Of a stretch of 64,000 nt of DNA, positions 27,686-39,520 are shown in pieces. A program made the translations under genes and the position numbers. The notes beneath the pieces are model-generated. The model was given only the letters and a program-made list of their open reading frames with translations. It ran no database searches and was not told where the DNA came from. Position 1 is the first letter of the stretch; every line of letters starts with the position of its first letter. Source of the stretch: Hyalangium minutum (lineage in GTDB: Bacteria > Myxococcota > Myxococcia > Myxococcales > Myxococcaceae); the NCBI RefSeq assembly GCF_000737315.1, contig NZ_JMCB01000006.1, forward strand, positions 930,001-994,000. Direction: 5' to 3'.

Positions 27686-28015
27686 ATGGGGTACGGATAC
27701 AAGGGACGCAGCCCCGTAGGCCGCATCTCCGGCCTGCCCCGCGTCGAGAGCGCGGACGTCGTCTCCCGCGTCCGGGCCACCGAGCGCGTCTCCGGCGCTG
27801 CCGCCATCGAGTCCCGCATGCCGCCGGAGCGCTCCTTTGCCGCGGTACTGGAGCGCCAGGGCCGAGGGCTGGTGAGCTCCGAGCCGCTGCCCTCGTCCGA
27901 GCCCGAGCGCCCGCTTCCCCCGCCCGCACGAGGAGCGGATCTTCCTGAACTTCCCGAGAGGATCCCCGACTCCTTCGTGGGGCTGCTGTGGTGGAAGATG
28001 AAGACCCGGCTGTAA
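27686..28015 (+). CDS. Small hypothetical protein
   Basis: AGGAGG Shine-Dalgarno at 27673-27678, ATG 27686, GC3 bias. Confidence 0.65.
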   Translation: MGYGYKGRSPVGRISGLPRVESADVVSRVRATERVSGAAAIESRMPPERSFAAVLERQGRGLVSSEPLPSSEPERPLPPPARGADLPELPERIPDSFVGLLWWKMKTRL

Positions 28016-28152
28016 CTTGCTCCTCGGGCCACGGGGCGATTCGGACCCTCGAAGAGTAGGCCTTTCTGCGACCGCAGACACTCGGGTAGAAGATCGACGG
28101 TTCTGCGCTGGCTCCCCTTCGGCGCGAGCGTTCCTTCCACCTCGAGGCATGT

Positions 28153-31100
28153 ATGGCATCTCGTCCCCTCTCGCTCGGCTGGTGCTTCACGCTGGCCGTG
28201 CTCATCGTGGGTGCAGCCGGCTGTGGCGGCAGCGACCCACAGCCTCCTCTCCCAACTCCTGACTTGCCAGATGCGGCGCTCTCCAAAGTAGAGGTGAGCC
28301 GCACCGCCAACGTCCTGGCGGACGGCCGGGACATCGTCACCCTCACAGTCACCGTGGTGAAGGCCGACGGCACGGCGCTCTCGGGCCGCACGGTGCGGCT
28401 GGAGGTCTCCGGCGAGGGCAACATGCTGGCGCCGGCCTCGGGCCAGACGAACCCCCAGGGCGTGCTGACGGCGACGCTGGCGTCCACCCGCCCTGGCACC
28501 AAGAAGGTGAAGGCCTCGGTGGATGCGGAGGGAGGCCCGGTGGTGCTGAGCGCGCAGCCCACCGTGGAGTTCATCAGCCCCGGCAACCCCGCCACGCGCC
28601 TGGAGTTCACCGTGCCCCCGGGGGACGTCATCGCAGGCACGCCGTTCTCCGTGACCGCGACGGCGTATGACGCGTCCAACAACGTGGCCACGGGCTTCAC
28701 GGGGACGGTGCAGTTGACCTCCTCGGATCCCCAAGCGGTGCTGCCGGGGGCCTTCACCTTTGGCGCGAGCAACGCGGGCACGGCCTCGCTCTCCGTGGAG
28801 CTGCGGACGGCGGGCACGCAGACCCTGAGCCTGGCGCACGGGCTCTCCGGCAGCCCCCTCACCGCCTCGAAGACGGTGGTGGCAGCCAGCCCGGCCCGGC
28901 TCGCCTTCTCCGGGCAGCCGGCGAACGGCACCGTGCGGACGACGCTCGCGGCAGTGCGCGTGCAGGTGACGGACGCGTATGGCAACGCCACCCCGGCCTC
29001 CAGCCCCCAGGTGTCCGTGAGCCTCTCCGGTGGCGACGCCGCCGCCACACTGAGTGGCACGCGGAACGTGGATCCGGTGAGCGGCGAGGCCACCTTCTCA
29101 GACCTCTCGGTGGATCAGGAGGGCAATGGCTTCCAGCTCGTGGCCACCAGCGGGACGCTGACGCAGGGGACGAGCTCGACGTTCACCATCACCGATAACT
29201 TGGCCCCGGCCGCCGCGGTGATCGCCGTGACCGTCCTCACCCCCAGCACCGTTCGGGTGACATGGACGACGGTGGGCGATGACGGCAACCTGGGCCAGGC
29301 CGCGACCCAGGAGCTGCGCTACGCGACCACGCCCATCACCAACCTTGACCAGTTCAACGCCGGCTTGGTCGCCGTCGCCCCGTCGCCCCAGGAGCCTGGC
29401 AGCGCGGAGTCGACCCTCGTCATGGGCCTGACGCTCAACGTCGACCACTACTTCGCGCTCAAGGTCACCGACGGCGCGGGGAACTACAGCCTGTCGAACA
29501 GCCCGAAGGTGGGTGGCGGCGATCCCTGTGGAGGGGTCACGTGCACGCCGCCGGCGGGCACCTGCTCGGCGGATGGACGGACGGCCATCGGCTACACCTC
29601 CGCCTGCGTGGTCGAAAATGGCGCGGGCGTGTGCCGGGACACGCCGGCTCAGACTGCCTGCCAATCGTATGAGACGTGCGGCGCTGGCAGCTGCGGGCCG
29701 GTGACGGCGGGGAGCCAGGCCGGCAGCATCGTCATCAGCGAGTTCAGCGCGCTCGGCTCGGAGTTCATCGAGCTGCACAACACCACCGCCGCGGACATCG
29801 ATGTGCATGGCTACACGTTCCGGAATGCCGCGGGCGTGGAGGTGGACCTCCGCGCTCCCAGCGATCCGAACGGCACTGCGGGCACGGCGGTGGTGGTGAC
29901 TGCGGGAGGCCGCCTGTACGGCATCGCCAACCCGTCCGGCTCGATTCCGGGCGGCGTGGGCTTCGTCTACGGCGCGCCCGGCACCTCGTTCTCCCTGGCG
30001 GACACGGGAGATGCGCTGGCGCTCTACGCGGCGCCGCCCGCGGGCAACCTGCAGGACGTGGTGGACTTCCGTGCGTTCAAGAGCGATCCGAATACCCCGC
30101 TGGCGGCGAGCGACTTCGTCGGCTTCGCGGGCAGCTCCACCCAGCTGGATCCGGAGAGCCTGTCCGCAGCGGGCAATGACACGGCCACGAACTGGTGCGT
30201 GAGCTTCTACGGGAGCGGCGTGAGGGGCTCTCGCGTTACGAACACCGCGGGCGCGGCCAACGGCAGCTGCAAGGTGGCGGTCATCAACGAGGTCTACCTC
30301 GATGCGCCCTCGACCGATAACGGCCTGGTGTTCATCGAGCTTGCGGGTCCCGGAGGCTCCGTCATCGGCGGTGCGAAGATCGCCGACGTGGAGGGCCGGG
30401 CCGGGACCACGGCCGCGGGCGCCAACAATGAGTCGTTCAGTCCGTACACGATCCCCGCAGGGACCCGGTTCCCGGCGGACGGCATCCTCCTCATCGCCGA
30501 CCTCAACCCGAGCGGGCAGACCCTCGTCCCGAACTTCGTGGCCGGGGTGGACGTCGGGGCGAACAACGTGGACCTCGAGAACTTCGGCGGAGACTCGGTG
30601 CAGCTCATCAACGCCGCAGGGACCGCCCTTCTGGATGTGCTGGGCCAGGACGTCTCGGGCACTACCCTGGACACCAATACGGCGGACAACGGCTTTGCCA
30701 TGTACGAGGGCACCATCGCGGTCTACGTCTCCACTACGGGCTCCTGGTCCTCGTCGCTGGCGCGCTCGCCGGGCAGCGCGGATACGGACAACAACCGCAA
30801 TGACTTCCGGACGGATCCGTCTCCGACGCCGGGCCTGCCGAACGATCTGGCGAACTTCACCGTGACGAGCCTGTTCCCGGATGACGGCCCGGCCACGGCG
30901 GGTGCCAACGGCATCGTGGTGACGGGAACGGATCTCGCGCCGACGATGCGGGCGCAGTTCGGCGGCAGCAGCTCGGTGCTGTGCTCCGTGAGCACCCCCA
31001 CCACCGCCAGCTGCACGGCCGTCACCAACGCGGGTGCAGTGGGCGTCGTGGACGTGACCTTCACGCCGGCGGCGAGCGTGGGAGCCTCTGGCCCGTTCAT

Positions 31101-31569
31101 CTTGAGCAGAGGGTTCACGTACACGGGCAACGAGAACGAGACGAACAGTGTCCTGGAGGCGGACTTCTGCAACCTCCAGTCCCCCACCACGCTCTCGGTG
31201 GTGAGGAGCACGGTGACGCCTGTCATCTATGGCCGCATCTACGAGACGGGTATCACGGAGCCCCCAGGGCCGCCCGCGGGCATCCTGGCCGAGGTGGGCT
31301 ATGGCAACAACGGCTCGGATCCCAGGAGCAACAACTCCTGGAAGTTCTTCCCGGCGACGTACAACGTGCAGGTGGGCAACGACGACGAGTTCATGGGCTC
31401 GTTCACGGCGCCGGCCACGGCGGCGACCTACGCGTATACGTATCGGTTCAGCCAGGACAACGGGCTGAAGTGGACGTACTGCGACAAGGACGGGGCGGGC
31501 TCCAACACCAACCCGGACTTGGTGTTCTCGCCGACGCAGTTGGGCGTGATGACGGTCACGAACAACTAG
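28153..31569 (+). CDS. Lipoprotein with Big_1/Ig-like, FN3-like, lamin-tail and IPT/TIG-like domains
   Basis: Lipobox AAGC, LADGRDIVTLTVTV (invasin-like Ig), IVISEF...EFIELHN and VINEV...VFIEL (two lamin-tail domains), VTSLFPDDGP (IPT). Confidence 0.85.
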   Translation: MASRPLSLGWCFTLAVLIVGAAGCGGSDPQPPLPTPDLPDAALSKVEVSRTANVLADGRDIVTLTVTVVKADGTALSGRTVRLEVSGEGNMLAPASGQTNPQGVLTATLASTRPGTKKVKASVDAEGGPVVLSAQPTVEFISPGNPATRLEFTVPPGDVIAGTPFSVTATAYDASNNVATGFTGTVQLTSSDPQAVLPGAFTFGASNAGTASLSVELRTAGTQTLSLAHGLSGSPLTASKTVVAASPARLAFSGQPANGTVRTTLAAVRVQVTDAYGNATPASSPQVSVSLSGGDAAATLSGTRNVDPVSGEATFSDLSVDQEGNGFQLVATSGTLTQGTSSTFTITDNLAPAAAVIAVTVLTPSTVRVTWTTVGDDGNLGQAATQELRYATTPITNLDQFNAGLVAVAPSPQEPGSAESTLVMGLTLNVDHYFALKVTDGAGNYSLSNSPKVGGGDPCGGVTCTPPAGTCSADGRTAIGYTSACVVENGAGVCRDTPAQTACQSYETCGAGSCGPVTAGSQAGSIVISEFSALGSEFIELHNTTAADIDVHGYTFRNAAGVEVDLRAPSDPNGTAGTAVVVTAGGRLYGIANPSGSIPGGVGFVYGAPGTSFSLADTGDALALYAAPPAGNLQDVVDFRAFKSDPNTPLAASDFVGFAGSSTQLDPESLSAAGNDTATNWCVSFYGSGVRGSRVTNTAGAANGSCKVAVINEVYLDAPSTDNGLVFIELAGPGGSVIGGAKIADVEGRAGTTAAGANNESFSPYTIPAGTRFPADGILLIADLNPSGQTLVPNFVAGVDVGANNVDLENFGGDSVQLINAAGTALLDVLGQDVSGTTLDTNTADNGFAMYEGTIAVYVSTTGSWSSSLARSPGSADTDNNRNDFRTDPSPTPGLPNDLANFTVTSLFPDDGPATAGANGIVVTGTDLAPTMRAQFGGSSSVLCSVSTPTTASCTAVTNAGAVGVVDVTFTPAASVGASGPFILSRGFTYTGNENETNSVLEADFCNLQSPTTLSVVRSTVTPVIYGRIYETGITEPPGPPAGILAEVGYGNNGSDPRSNNSWKFFPATYNVQVGNDDEFMGSFTAPATAATYAYTYRFSQDNGLKWTYCDKDGAGSNTNPDLVFSPTQLGVMTVTNN

Positions 31570-31589
31570 CGCAGGGGAGGGGCGCCGGT

Positions 31590-32492
31590 TCAATCCAGGA
31601 ACCGGCGCTCCCAGCGCTGCCAGATGTCTTGGGGGAAGTAGTACCCGCCGCCCGAGTGGTACAGCCAGGGCTCCAGCACACGCGCCAGCTCCCGGTACTC
31701 GGGGAGGTTGTGGCCGGCCTCGGTGTCGCCCGCCTCCGGCCATGTGCCCAGGGTGATGACGGCCCGGTCTCCCTCCAGTGGCTCGACAGTGGTGCCGGGG
31801 GAGGAGAGGCGGGCGCGCAGCCCCTCGACACCGCCGAGCTCGCCGAGCACGGGTTGGCCGAGGAAGGTCAGCCACGAGGGTCCCTTCACCCGTCCGTTGA
31901 GCCCCTCGGCGATGGATTCCACGTCACCGATGTCCATGCCGGGGTAGCGCAGACAGAAGCGGCTGAGGGCTTCTTCCGTTTCCCGATAGCCCAGGATGGA
32001 GTTGAAGAAGAGGCCGGCATGGCCTGAGTCGTAGGGGAGAGCAGCGGCAAGCTCCAGGGCGAGTTCACGCACGTGGCCAGGACCCTGCTCTTCGAGAAAC
32101 TCGGTTGGGAAGCAGAAGCCCACCGACGATACCAAGGGAGGATTGGGCTCGAAGAGCTGACCCAGCGACTGGCAGGAATACGTGAAATGGAATGAAGGAG
32201 CGCCTGACGGGTCGTGCGTCAATTCATGGTGGGACCAGTTCGACGCTAGAAGATCGCGCCTGAAGGTTTGCCAAGACGTGGTGTCCAGATACCCCCAGTC
32301 CCCCTGGTGATCATTATACCAAGCCAGAGCCTGAGGCCCCACGGCGTGCAGGTATATCTCGAACGAGCGCATCACCTCCCGTGCGATCTCATACTTGGAG
32401 CGGCGCATATAGAAGCAGATCTTCAAACCATCACGAATGATCAGCGCGCCGTGGCTTGCGTGGACTCGAACGCGTGGATAGTGCAGGCTCAT
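31590..32492 (-). CDS. DUF3396 (TsiV-like) immunity protein
   Basis: SGHAG, RYPGMDI, VKGPSWLTFLG, GPxPEAGD...LPEYRELARVLEP...W.RRF. ATGA-coupled to the upstream toxin gene. Confidence 0.85.
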   Translation of the reverse strand: MSLHYPRVRVHASHGALIIRDGLKICFYMRRSKYEIAREVMRSFEIYLHAVGPQALAWYNDHQGDWGYLDTTSWQTFRRDLLASNWSHHELTHDPSGAPSFHFTYSCQSLGQLFEPNPPLVSSVGFCFPTEFLEEQGPGHVRELALELAAALPYDSGHAGLFFNSILGYRETEEALSRFCLRYPGMDIGDVESIAEGLNGRVKGPSWLTFLGQPVLGELGGVEGLRARLSSPGTTVEPLEGDRAVITLGTWPEAGDTEAGHNLPEYRELARVLEPWLYHSGGGYYFPQDIWQRWERRFLD

Positions 32493-33310
32493 TTTTTGGG
32501 TCGCTGGATATCCCAGTGGGGTGCCACGCGGGCCGGTTTGACTCCAAAGGCTCTTTCGTAAGCTTGGCCCTGGGTGAGGTTTTCATAAGGATGCCCATTG
32601 CCGTATTCATTCCATTTGGGCGGGTTGGTTCCCGGACAAGGGAACTTCAGGTCGAGGACGTCCAGAACCTCAGCCGCATTGCCCGTGTGGATGACGATGT
32701 CTGGCTCGATCGTTCCCACCAGCCCCTTGCCTCCTGCGCGCAGCAGGGCCTCCACCTGACTCCGGCTGAGCGGTACCCACTTCCCGCTGCCCTCATTCAG
32801 ACGATAGCGCTGCTCGAGGCTGAAGCCCCCTGGCCGTAGCTCCTGGAGCTTTTTCTGGATGCACTCCAGCGCGAGCTGGTGCTTCTCCCGGCCCAACTGC
32901 ATGGCCCGTGTCACGGGCTCACCGCGCGCGTTCCGCCCCACCACCTCGGCGCATTGCTCTCGCGTAGGGCTGCCGCCGAAGTAACGCTCGTTGAGCTGGT
33001 AGTCCGCGTCCTTCACGCAGTCGAGGATGGCTTCCTCGACACGGGCCTGCTGCGCCTTGTCTTCCAGGTAGAAGGCCGCGGCCGCCGAGCCCAGCATGGC
33101 CCCGGCCTCGGCGACGCGCTGACGGGCCGCCAGCGCCTCCGCCTCTCTCCCTGCCGCACCCGGGCACTGCGCAGGGAAGCGGGCGCAGGCGCTGGTCTCC
33201 GAGTCCAGCGTCTGCCCGTACACCCGAGGCACTCCCCGCCGCTCCACCCCGGCGCATGCGCCGAGGAAGAGCACCCAGCCCAGCACCGGGAGCCTCTTCA
33301 CGCGTCTCAC
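32489..33310 (-). CDS. Lipoprotein polymorphic toxin with a C-terminal PD-(D/E)xK (VRR-NUC/TseV-like) nuclease; SitA-like
   Basis: RR-hydrophobic-LGAC lipobox, IEPDIVIH...LDLKFPC nuclease-like motif, directly upstream of a DUF3396 gene. Confidence 0.72.
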   Translation of the reverse strand: MRRVKRLPVLGWVLFLGACAGVERRGVPRVYGQTLDSETSACARFPAQCPGAAGREAEALAARQRVAEAGAMLGSAAAAFYLEDKAQQARVEEAILDCVKDADYQLNERYFGGSPTREQCAEVVGRNARGEPVTRAMQLGREKHQLALECIQKKLQELRPGGFSLEQRYRLNEGSGKWVPLSRSQVEALLRAGGKGLVGTIEPDIVIHTGNAAEVLDVLDLKFPCPGTNPPKWNEYGNGHPYENLTQGQAYERAFGVKPARVAPHWDIQRPKK

Positions 33311-33317
33311 TCGCGTG

Positions 33318-34136
33318 TCACTGGTCGTCGCACGGAGTGCCCAGCCGGGCCCCCGCGTACACTCCCAGCTCGTTGTAGATCATCGGCAGGTTCTCGGTGA
33401 TGGGCACCACCTTCAGCTCCACCTTCTTCTTGGCGCCCTCGATCCACAGCGGCGACTGCGCGCGATCCACCAACAGACGCAAGTCCCCCTTCTTCGTCGA
33501 GAAGATCTGTCCCTCCGAGTCCGAGACGATGTCCTTCATCTCCTGACGCTTCAGGCTCCCCTTCGGCCCCACGTGCACCCGGAAGCTCTTCTCATCCTCC
33601 GGCTGGAAGCCCTTCTCCACCAGGTAGTAGTTGCCCTTCGTGTCACGCAGCAGTGCGTACGGCTCGTACTGCTGCGGGTTCTTCTCGTACTTCGCCGCCG
33701 TGACGAGCTTCTGCGCCTGCTCCGGCTCCATCACCGTCCACGGCGTGCTCCGCTCGCCGCACCGCACCGCGCACGTCTTCTTCTCCGCGTCCACCTCCAC
33801 CTCCGAGAACACCCGCCAATCAATCCCGCGGAAGTTCGGGTTCGCCGTCTTGGCGAAGAAGCGCGGCTCCAAGAAGTGCGTCCCCGAGGCACCAAACGGC
33901 GGCGGCGCCACCTGCACGAACGCCTTCCCGTCTCCGTAGAACAGCTGCTTGCCCTTCTGCTCCTCCGGCGCCACCACCACGTAGTGGCCCTTGCCGTCCG
34001 TGCAGACCGTTGTCTGCTCCAGGATGAGCAGCTCTCCCAGCTTCTCGCCCTTGCCCCATGGGGGCTCGATTCCCCACGAGGTCCCCGAGAGCAAGGCCAC
34101 GGCCGCGGCGATGAGTCGTCGAGTGTTCATGTGCAT
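33318..34136 (-). CDS. Secreted hypothetical protein
   Basis: Signal peptide MNTRRLIAAAVALLSGTSWG, strong GC3 bias, 8-bp gaps to both neighbours. Confidence 0.8.
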   Translation of the reverse strand: MHMNTRRLIAAAVALLSGTSWGIEPPWGKGEKLGELLILEQTTVCTDGKGHYVVVAPEEQKGKQLFYGDGKAFVQVAPPPFGASGTHFLEPRFFAKTANPNFRGIDWRVFSEVEVDAEKKTCAVRCGERSTPWTVMEPEQAQKLVTAAKYEKNPQQYEPYALLRDTKGNYYLVEKGFQPEDEKSFRVHVGPKGSLKRQEMKDIVSDSEGQIFSTKKGDLRLLVDRAQSPLWIEGAKKKVELKVVPITENLPMIYNELGVYAGARLGTPCDDQ

Positions 34137-34144
34137 GGCTCCGG

Positions 34145-34963
34145 CTACAGGTTCTCTTTGAAGAACTTCGTGGCGTACTCTTCCTGGTTCGAAGCGTCCT
34201 GCTGCGTGGTGAAGCTCACCGCGCTCCCGTTCAGCTCCAGCTTCATCTCCGGGCCGAACTGGCAGCGGTACTGCTTCACCTTCGCCGAGATGACCCGCTT
34301 GCCCACCGGCGTGCCGCACAGCTTGCCCAGCGACTCCAGCGGGTTCCCGCAGTACGACGCGATGCTGTAGCGCTTGATGATGTCGTCCGTGACGCTCTTC
34401 CAGTCGATGGTGGCCGTCACTTGCGTGCCGCAGGCCTCGTTCATCTCCTTGAGGGCCTTCGTGAAGCCCTCCTGCTGGCCGGCCTCGCGCTCTGGGCGGT
34501 TGAACGCCGCCAGCTTCGCCAGCGTGCCGTCCTTCTTCAGCTTCTCGTACTGCCCATAGGCGTCCTCCCCCTTGAGCGCCTGCGTGCGCTTCTCGTCGAA
34601 CGACACGATGATGGCCTTGCGGCGGCCCGGCACCCACACCTCGTACTTCTTCGAGCCGTAGGCCTCCCGCATGATCAGCGTGTAGAAGTCCTCGCCCTTG
34701 TACTGGGTGATGTAGTCCACGCCCCTGTTCTGCTCGTGGACCACGTGGAGCATCGACTTGCCGTCGAACTCGCTGTCCGTGCCCTGCACCGAGAGCAGCA
34801 CTTGCTTCTCGCCCTTGGGGCCCGCGGTGGTGAGCGGGATGACTGCCACCACCTCGCCCTCGGAGCCCGAGTACACCTTGCCGGTTCCCACCGGCGCAGC
34901 CGCCAGCACGGGCGTGCCCGACAGCACGCCCACGGCGATGACCGTTGCCAGGATGCTTCTCAT
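34145..34963 (-). CDS. Secreted hypothetical protein
   Basis: Signal peptide MRSILATVIAVGVLSGTPVLA, C-terminal Cys cluster, GC3 bias. Confidence 0.82.
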   Translation of the reverse strand: MRSILATVIAVGVLSGTPVLAAAPVGTGKVYSGSEGEVVAVIPLTTAGPKGEKQVLLSVQGTDSEFDGKSMLHVVHEQNRGVDYITQYKGEDFYTLIMREAYGSKKYEVWVPGRRKAIIVSFDEKRTQALKGEDAYGQYEKLKKDGTLAKLAAFNRPEREAGQQEGFTKALKEMNEACGTQVTATIDWKSVTDDIIKRYSIASYCGNPLESLGKLCGTPVGKRVISAKVKQYRCQFGPEMKLELNGSAVSFTTQQDASNQEEYATKFFKENL

Positions 34964-35026
34964 GTTGTGTCCCCCTCCCTGTGGGGACGAGGGCGCCTGC
35001 TTCTCAGGTGCCCGCAGCCTTCCGTG

Positions 35027-36889
<1,863 letters not shown>

Positions 36890-37089
36890 GGGGGAGGGGA
36901 GAACACCGAGAAGGCTCACTTAAACCGCTTCCCCCGTGATGTGCCAGACCCCTTCCACACGGACGAAAGGTGTCCCGGTCGTGGTTTTCCCCAGGAGTCG
37001 CCGGCCCACTATACTTCAAAAATTATGGTGAGGGTGGCTGAGCGGCGCGCTCGTGCTGAGGCCGCCCGAGGTAGGTTCGGAGCAAGTCC

Positions 37090-38415
37090 ATGAGTACTTC
37101 ACCGGAGGTCCAGCCCCGGGTGGTGGACCCCGAGCAGCTCCTGAGAAGGCTTCATCCCCTGCAGATGAAGGGAGGGCTGGTGCTCTCCCTGTCGGTCACG
37201 TTCCAGTATCTGGGGCAGTGGGACGTGTTCGGCTTTGTCTTCGTGGCGTCCGTGGTGCGCTTCACCGCCAACGGCCTGCTGGCGCGGTTTGGCGTCCAGC
37301 GGTGGGGCCCGAGCGTGACGGAGTGGATCCGGCTGGGGGTGAACGCGGGCACCCTGGTGGCGATCGGGCTGTGGGCCGGGTGGAGCCTGCTGCTGTGGAT
37401 CTATGTCCCCTTCATCCTGCTGTGGCTCCATGGGCTGGATCGGTGGGGGTGGGTCCGCGCGGTGTTGCTCATGGCCGTCATGGATGGAGCGGCCCTGTGG
37501 AGCGGGTGTGATCCGTACCAGCCCCTGGCCTTCAGCATCATTGGCGTGCTGGGCTTCCTGCTGAGTGCGAAGCGGGCGGAGCTGTTGCAGCAGACGCTGG
37601 AGGAGGTCATCGCGCGGCGCGAGCAGCTCGCGCGGGCGCAGGACCAGCTTCGGGTGATGCACGAGCGGGCCCTCCAGCAGGAGAAGCTCTCCAGCCTGGG
37701 CATGATGGCCGCGGGGGTGGCCCATGAGATCAACAACCCGATGGCCTTCGTCACCAGCAACGTCAGCTCGCTCTACAAGGAGCTGCAGCTTCAGCCGGTG
37801 CTGGCCGAGCCGCTGAAGGAGTACGTGGACGAGGTGCTGCCGGAGACGCTGGATGGCATCAAGCGGGTGAACGCCATCGTGTCGGACCTGAGGCACTTTG
37901 CCCGGGGAGACCCCGAGATTCCGGCCGAGTATGACTTGAACGCCGAGGCGCAGACGGCGCTGCGCCTCGCGCACAGGGAGCTGAGCCACTGCGAGGTGCA
38001 GGTGGCGCTGGGAGAGGTGGGGACGGTGGTGGGCCGGCCCCGGCAGATTGGCCAGGCGCTGCTGAACCTGCTGGTCAACGCGGGACAGGCCACGCCGCCC
38101 GGGGGCACGGTCCGGCTGTCCACGCGCCGCGAGGGGGAGGAGGTGCGGGTGGAGATCCGCGACACGGGAACAGGGATGTCGCCGGAGACGCGGCGCCGCC
38201 TGTTCGAGCCGTTCTTCACCACCAAGCCTCCGGGGAAGGGCATGGGGCTGGGGCTCGCGGTGGCCCATGGCATCGTCACCGCGCAGGGCGGGCACATCGA
38301 GGTGGAGAGTGAGCTGGGCAAGGGCTCCTGCTTCACCTTGCGCCTTCCCCGGGTGGCCTTCTCTGCCTCCGCGAGCCTTCGCGAGGAGCGGGGGCAGAGG
38401 GGAGCAAGCGCGTAG
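37090..38415 (+). CDS. Membrane sensor histidine kinase (orphan)
   Basis: Multiple TM helices, AHEINNPM H-box, NLLVNAGQA, DTGTG, GMGLGL. Confidence 0.92.
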   Translation: MSTSPEVQPRVVDPEQLLRRLHPLQMKGGLVLSLSVTFQYLGQWDVFGFVFVASVVRFTANGLLARFGVQRWGPSVTEWIRLGVNAGTLVAIGLWAGWSLLLWIYVPFILLWLHGLDRWGWVRAVLLMAVMDGAALWSGCDPYQPLAFSIIGVLGFLLSAKRAELLQQTLEEVIARREQLARAQDQLRVMHERALQQEKLSSLGMMAAGVAHEINNPMAFVTSNVSSLYKELQLQPVLAEPLKEYVDEVLPETLDGIKRVNAIVSDLRHFARGDPEIPAEYDLNAEAQTALRLAHRELSHCEVQVALGEVGTVVGRPRQIGQALLNLLVNAGQATPPGGTVRLSTRREGEEVRVEIRDTGTGMSPETRRRLFEPFFTTKPPGKGMGLGLAVAHGIVTAQGGHIEVESELGKGSCFTLRLPRVAFSASASLREERGQRGASA

Positions 38416-38426
38416 CCGCGCCTCGC

Positions 38427-39455
38427 TCAGAAGAGGATGACCATCGCGCCCTCGGGCACCTGGTCGAAGAGGCGAGCGATGTCCGGGTTGTGCAGGACGA
38501 TGCAGCCCCAGGAGAGCCGGCCGCCTGTCTCCTCGAGCGACCACTCGCCTGCCCACCCGTGGAAGCCGATGCCGCTGCCCAGCCGCGTCGAGGCGTCCGT
38601 CGCCTTGCGCTCCTCCCAGGCCTGGGCGATCCGGTTCCGCGCCTCGCGGGTGATGAGGCCCTGGGTCAGCCCTCGCTCCGCGTCATACGCGTTGGGGTAG
38701 TTCACCCGGATCCAGTGGCCGCCGTAGTAGGCCTCGTAGGCTCCGCTGAAGCGGCCCCGGTGCTTCTGCACCACGAAGTACATGCCCGAGGGCGTGCGGT
38801 TGTCTCCGCGCACTTGCTTGCGGCCCTCGGCCTGCCCGAAGCCCACTTCCACGCGGGACACCTCGCGGCCTCGCTCGTACAGCCGCAGCTCGTTGCTCGC
38901 CTGGGAGACGAGCAGCAGCACCGGCTCCTTCCCGGGCAGCGGCAGGCGGGCTCGGGCTTCGGTGAAGCTCCGGGCCTCGGCGGCCGAGAGACGTTTCTCG
39001 GCATGCAGTGACACCGCGAGGCGCCCCTTCGTGCCCACCCGGCCCAGGGGCTGCCCGCGCGTCACCGAGGCGCCGGCGCGCAGTGTCACGCCCTCCAGCT
39101 CCGCGTACTCCGAGCGGACATGCCGCAGCTCGTGGTTCTCGTAATAGAAGTGATCCAGCGTGAGCGAGCGGCCCTCCGCGCCCACCTCCGCCACACGCCC
39201 GTGCGCCAGGGCACGCACCTCGCTCCCGGCTGGAGAGCGCGAGGCGCCAGGCAGGGGCTCGAAGCCATCCGCGGGAGGCGCGGGCGGGCGGAGGTACGCC
39301 TCGAAAGCGTCCACGGCGGACGCTTCGGCGGCCTGGGCTGGCGGGGAGAGGACAGTCCACCCCACCAGCAGCACCCCGAGGCAGCGAGAGACAGGTGATG
39401 AGCTGAGTTGCACGCGAGGTGGACACCCGAGCCGTGTGTGCTGTTCCCGCTTCAT
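38427..39455 (-). CDS. L,D-transpeptidase (YkuD family) with an N-terminal degenerate M23-like domain
   Basis: KQVRGDNRTPSGMY, GIGFHG...SWGCIVL catalytic His/Cys, and an M23-like ALAHGRV...VTRGQPLGRVG segment. Start uncertain (39455 or GTG 39413). Confidence 0.82.
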   Translation of the reverse strand: MKREQHTRLGCPPRVQLSSSPVSRCLGVLLVGWTVLSPPAQAAEASAVDAFEAYLRPPAPPADGFEPLPGASRSPAGSEVRALAHGRVAEVGAEGRSLTLDHFYYENHELRHVRSEYAELEGVTLRAGASVTRGQPLGRVGTKGRLAVSLHAEKRLSAAEARSFTEARARLPLPGKEPVLLLVSQASNELRLYERGREVSRVEVGFGQAEGRKQVRGDNRTPSGMYFVVQKHRGRFSGAYEAYYGGHWIRVNYPNAYDAERGLTQGLITREARNRIAQAWEERKATDASTRLGSGIGFHGWAGEWSLEETGGRLSWGCIVLHNPDIARLFDQVPEGAMVILF

Positions 39456-39520
39456 TGCCCGCCGAGCAACCGGTGGGTGCTTGACAAGGAGCATCCCCAC
39501 CCTGAATCAATGGGGTACCC

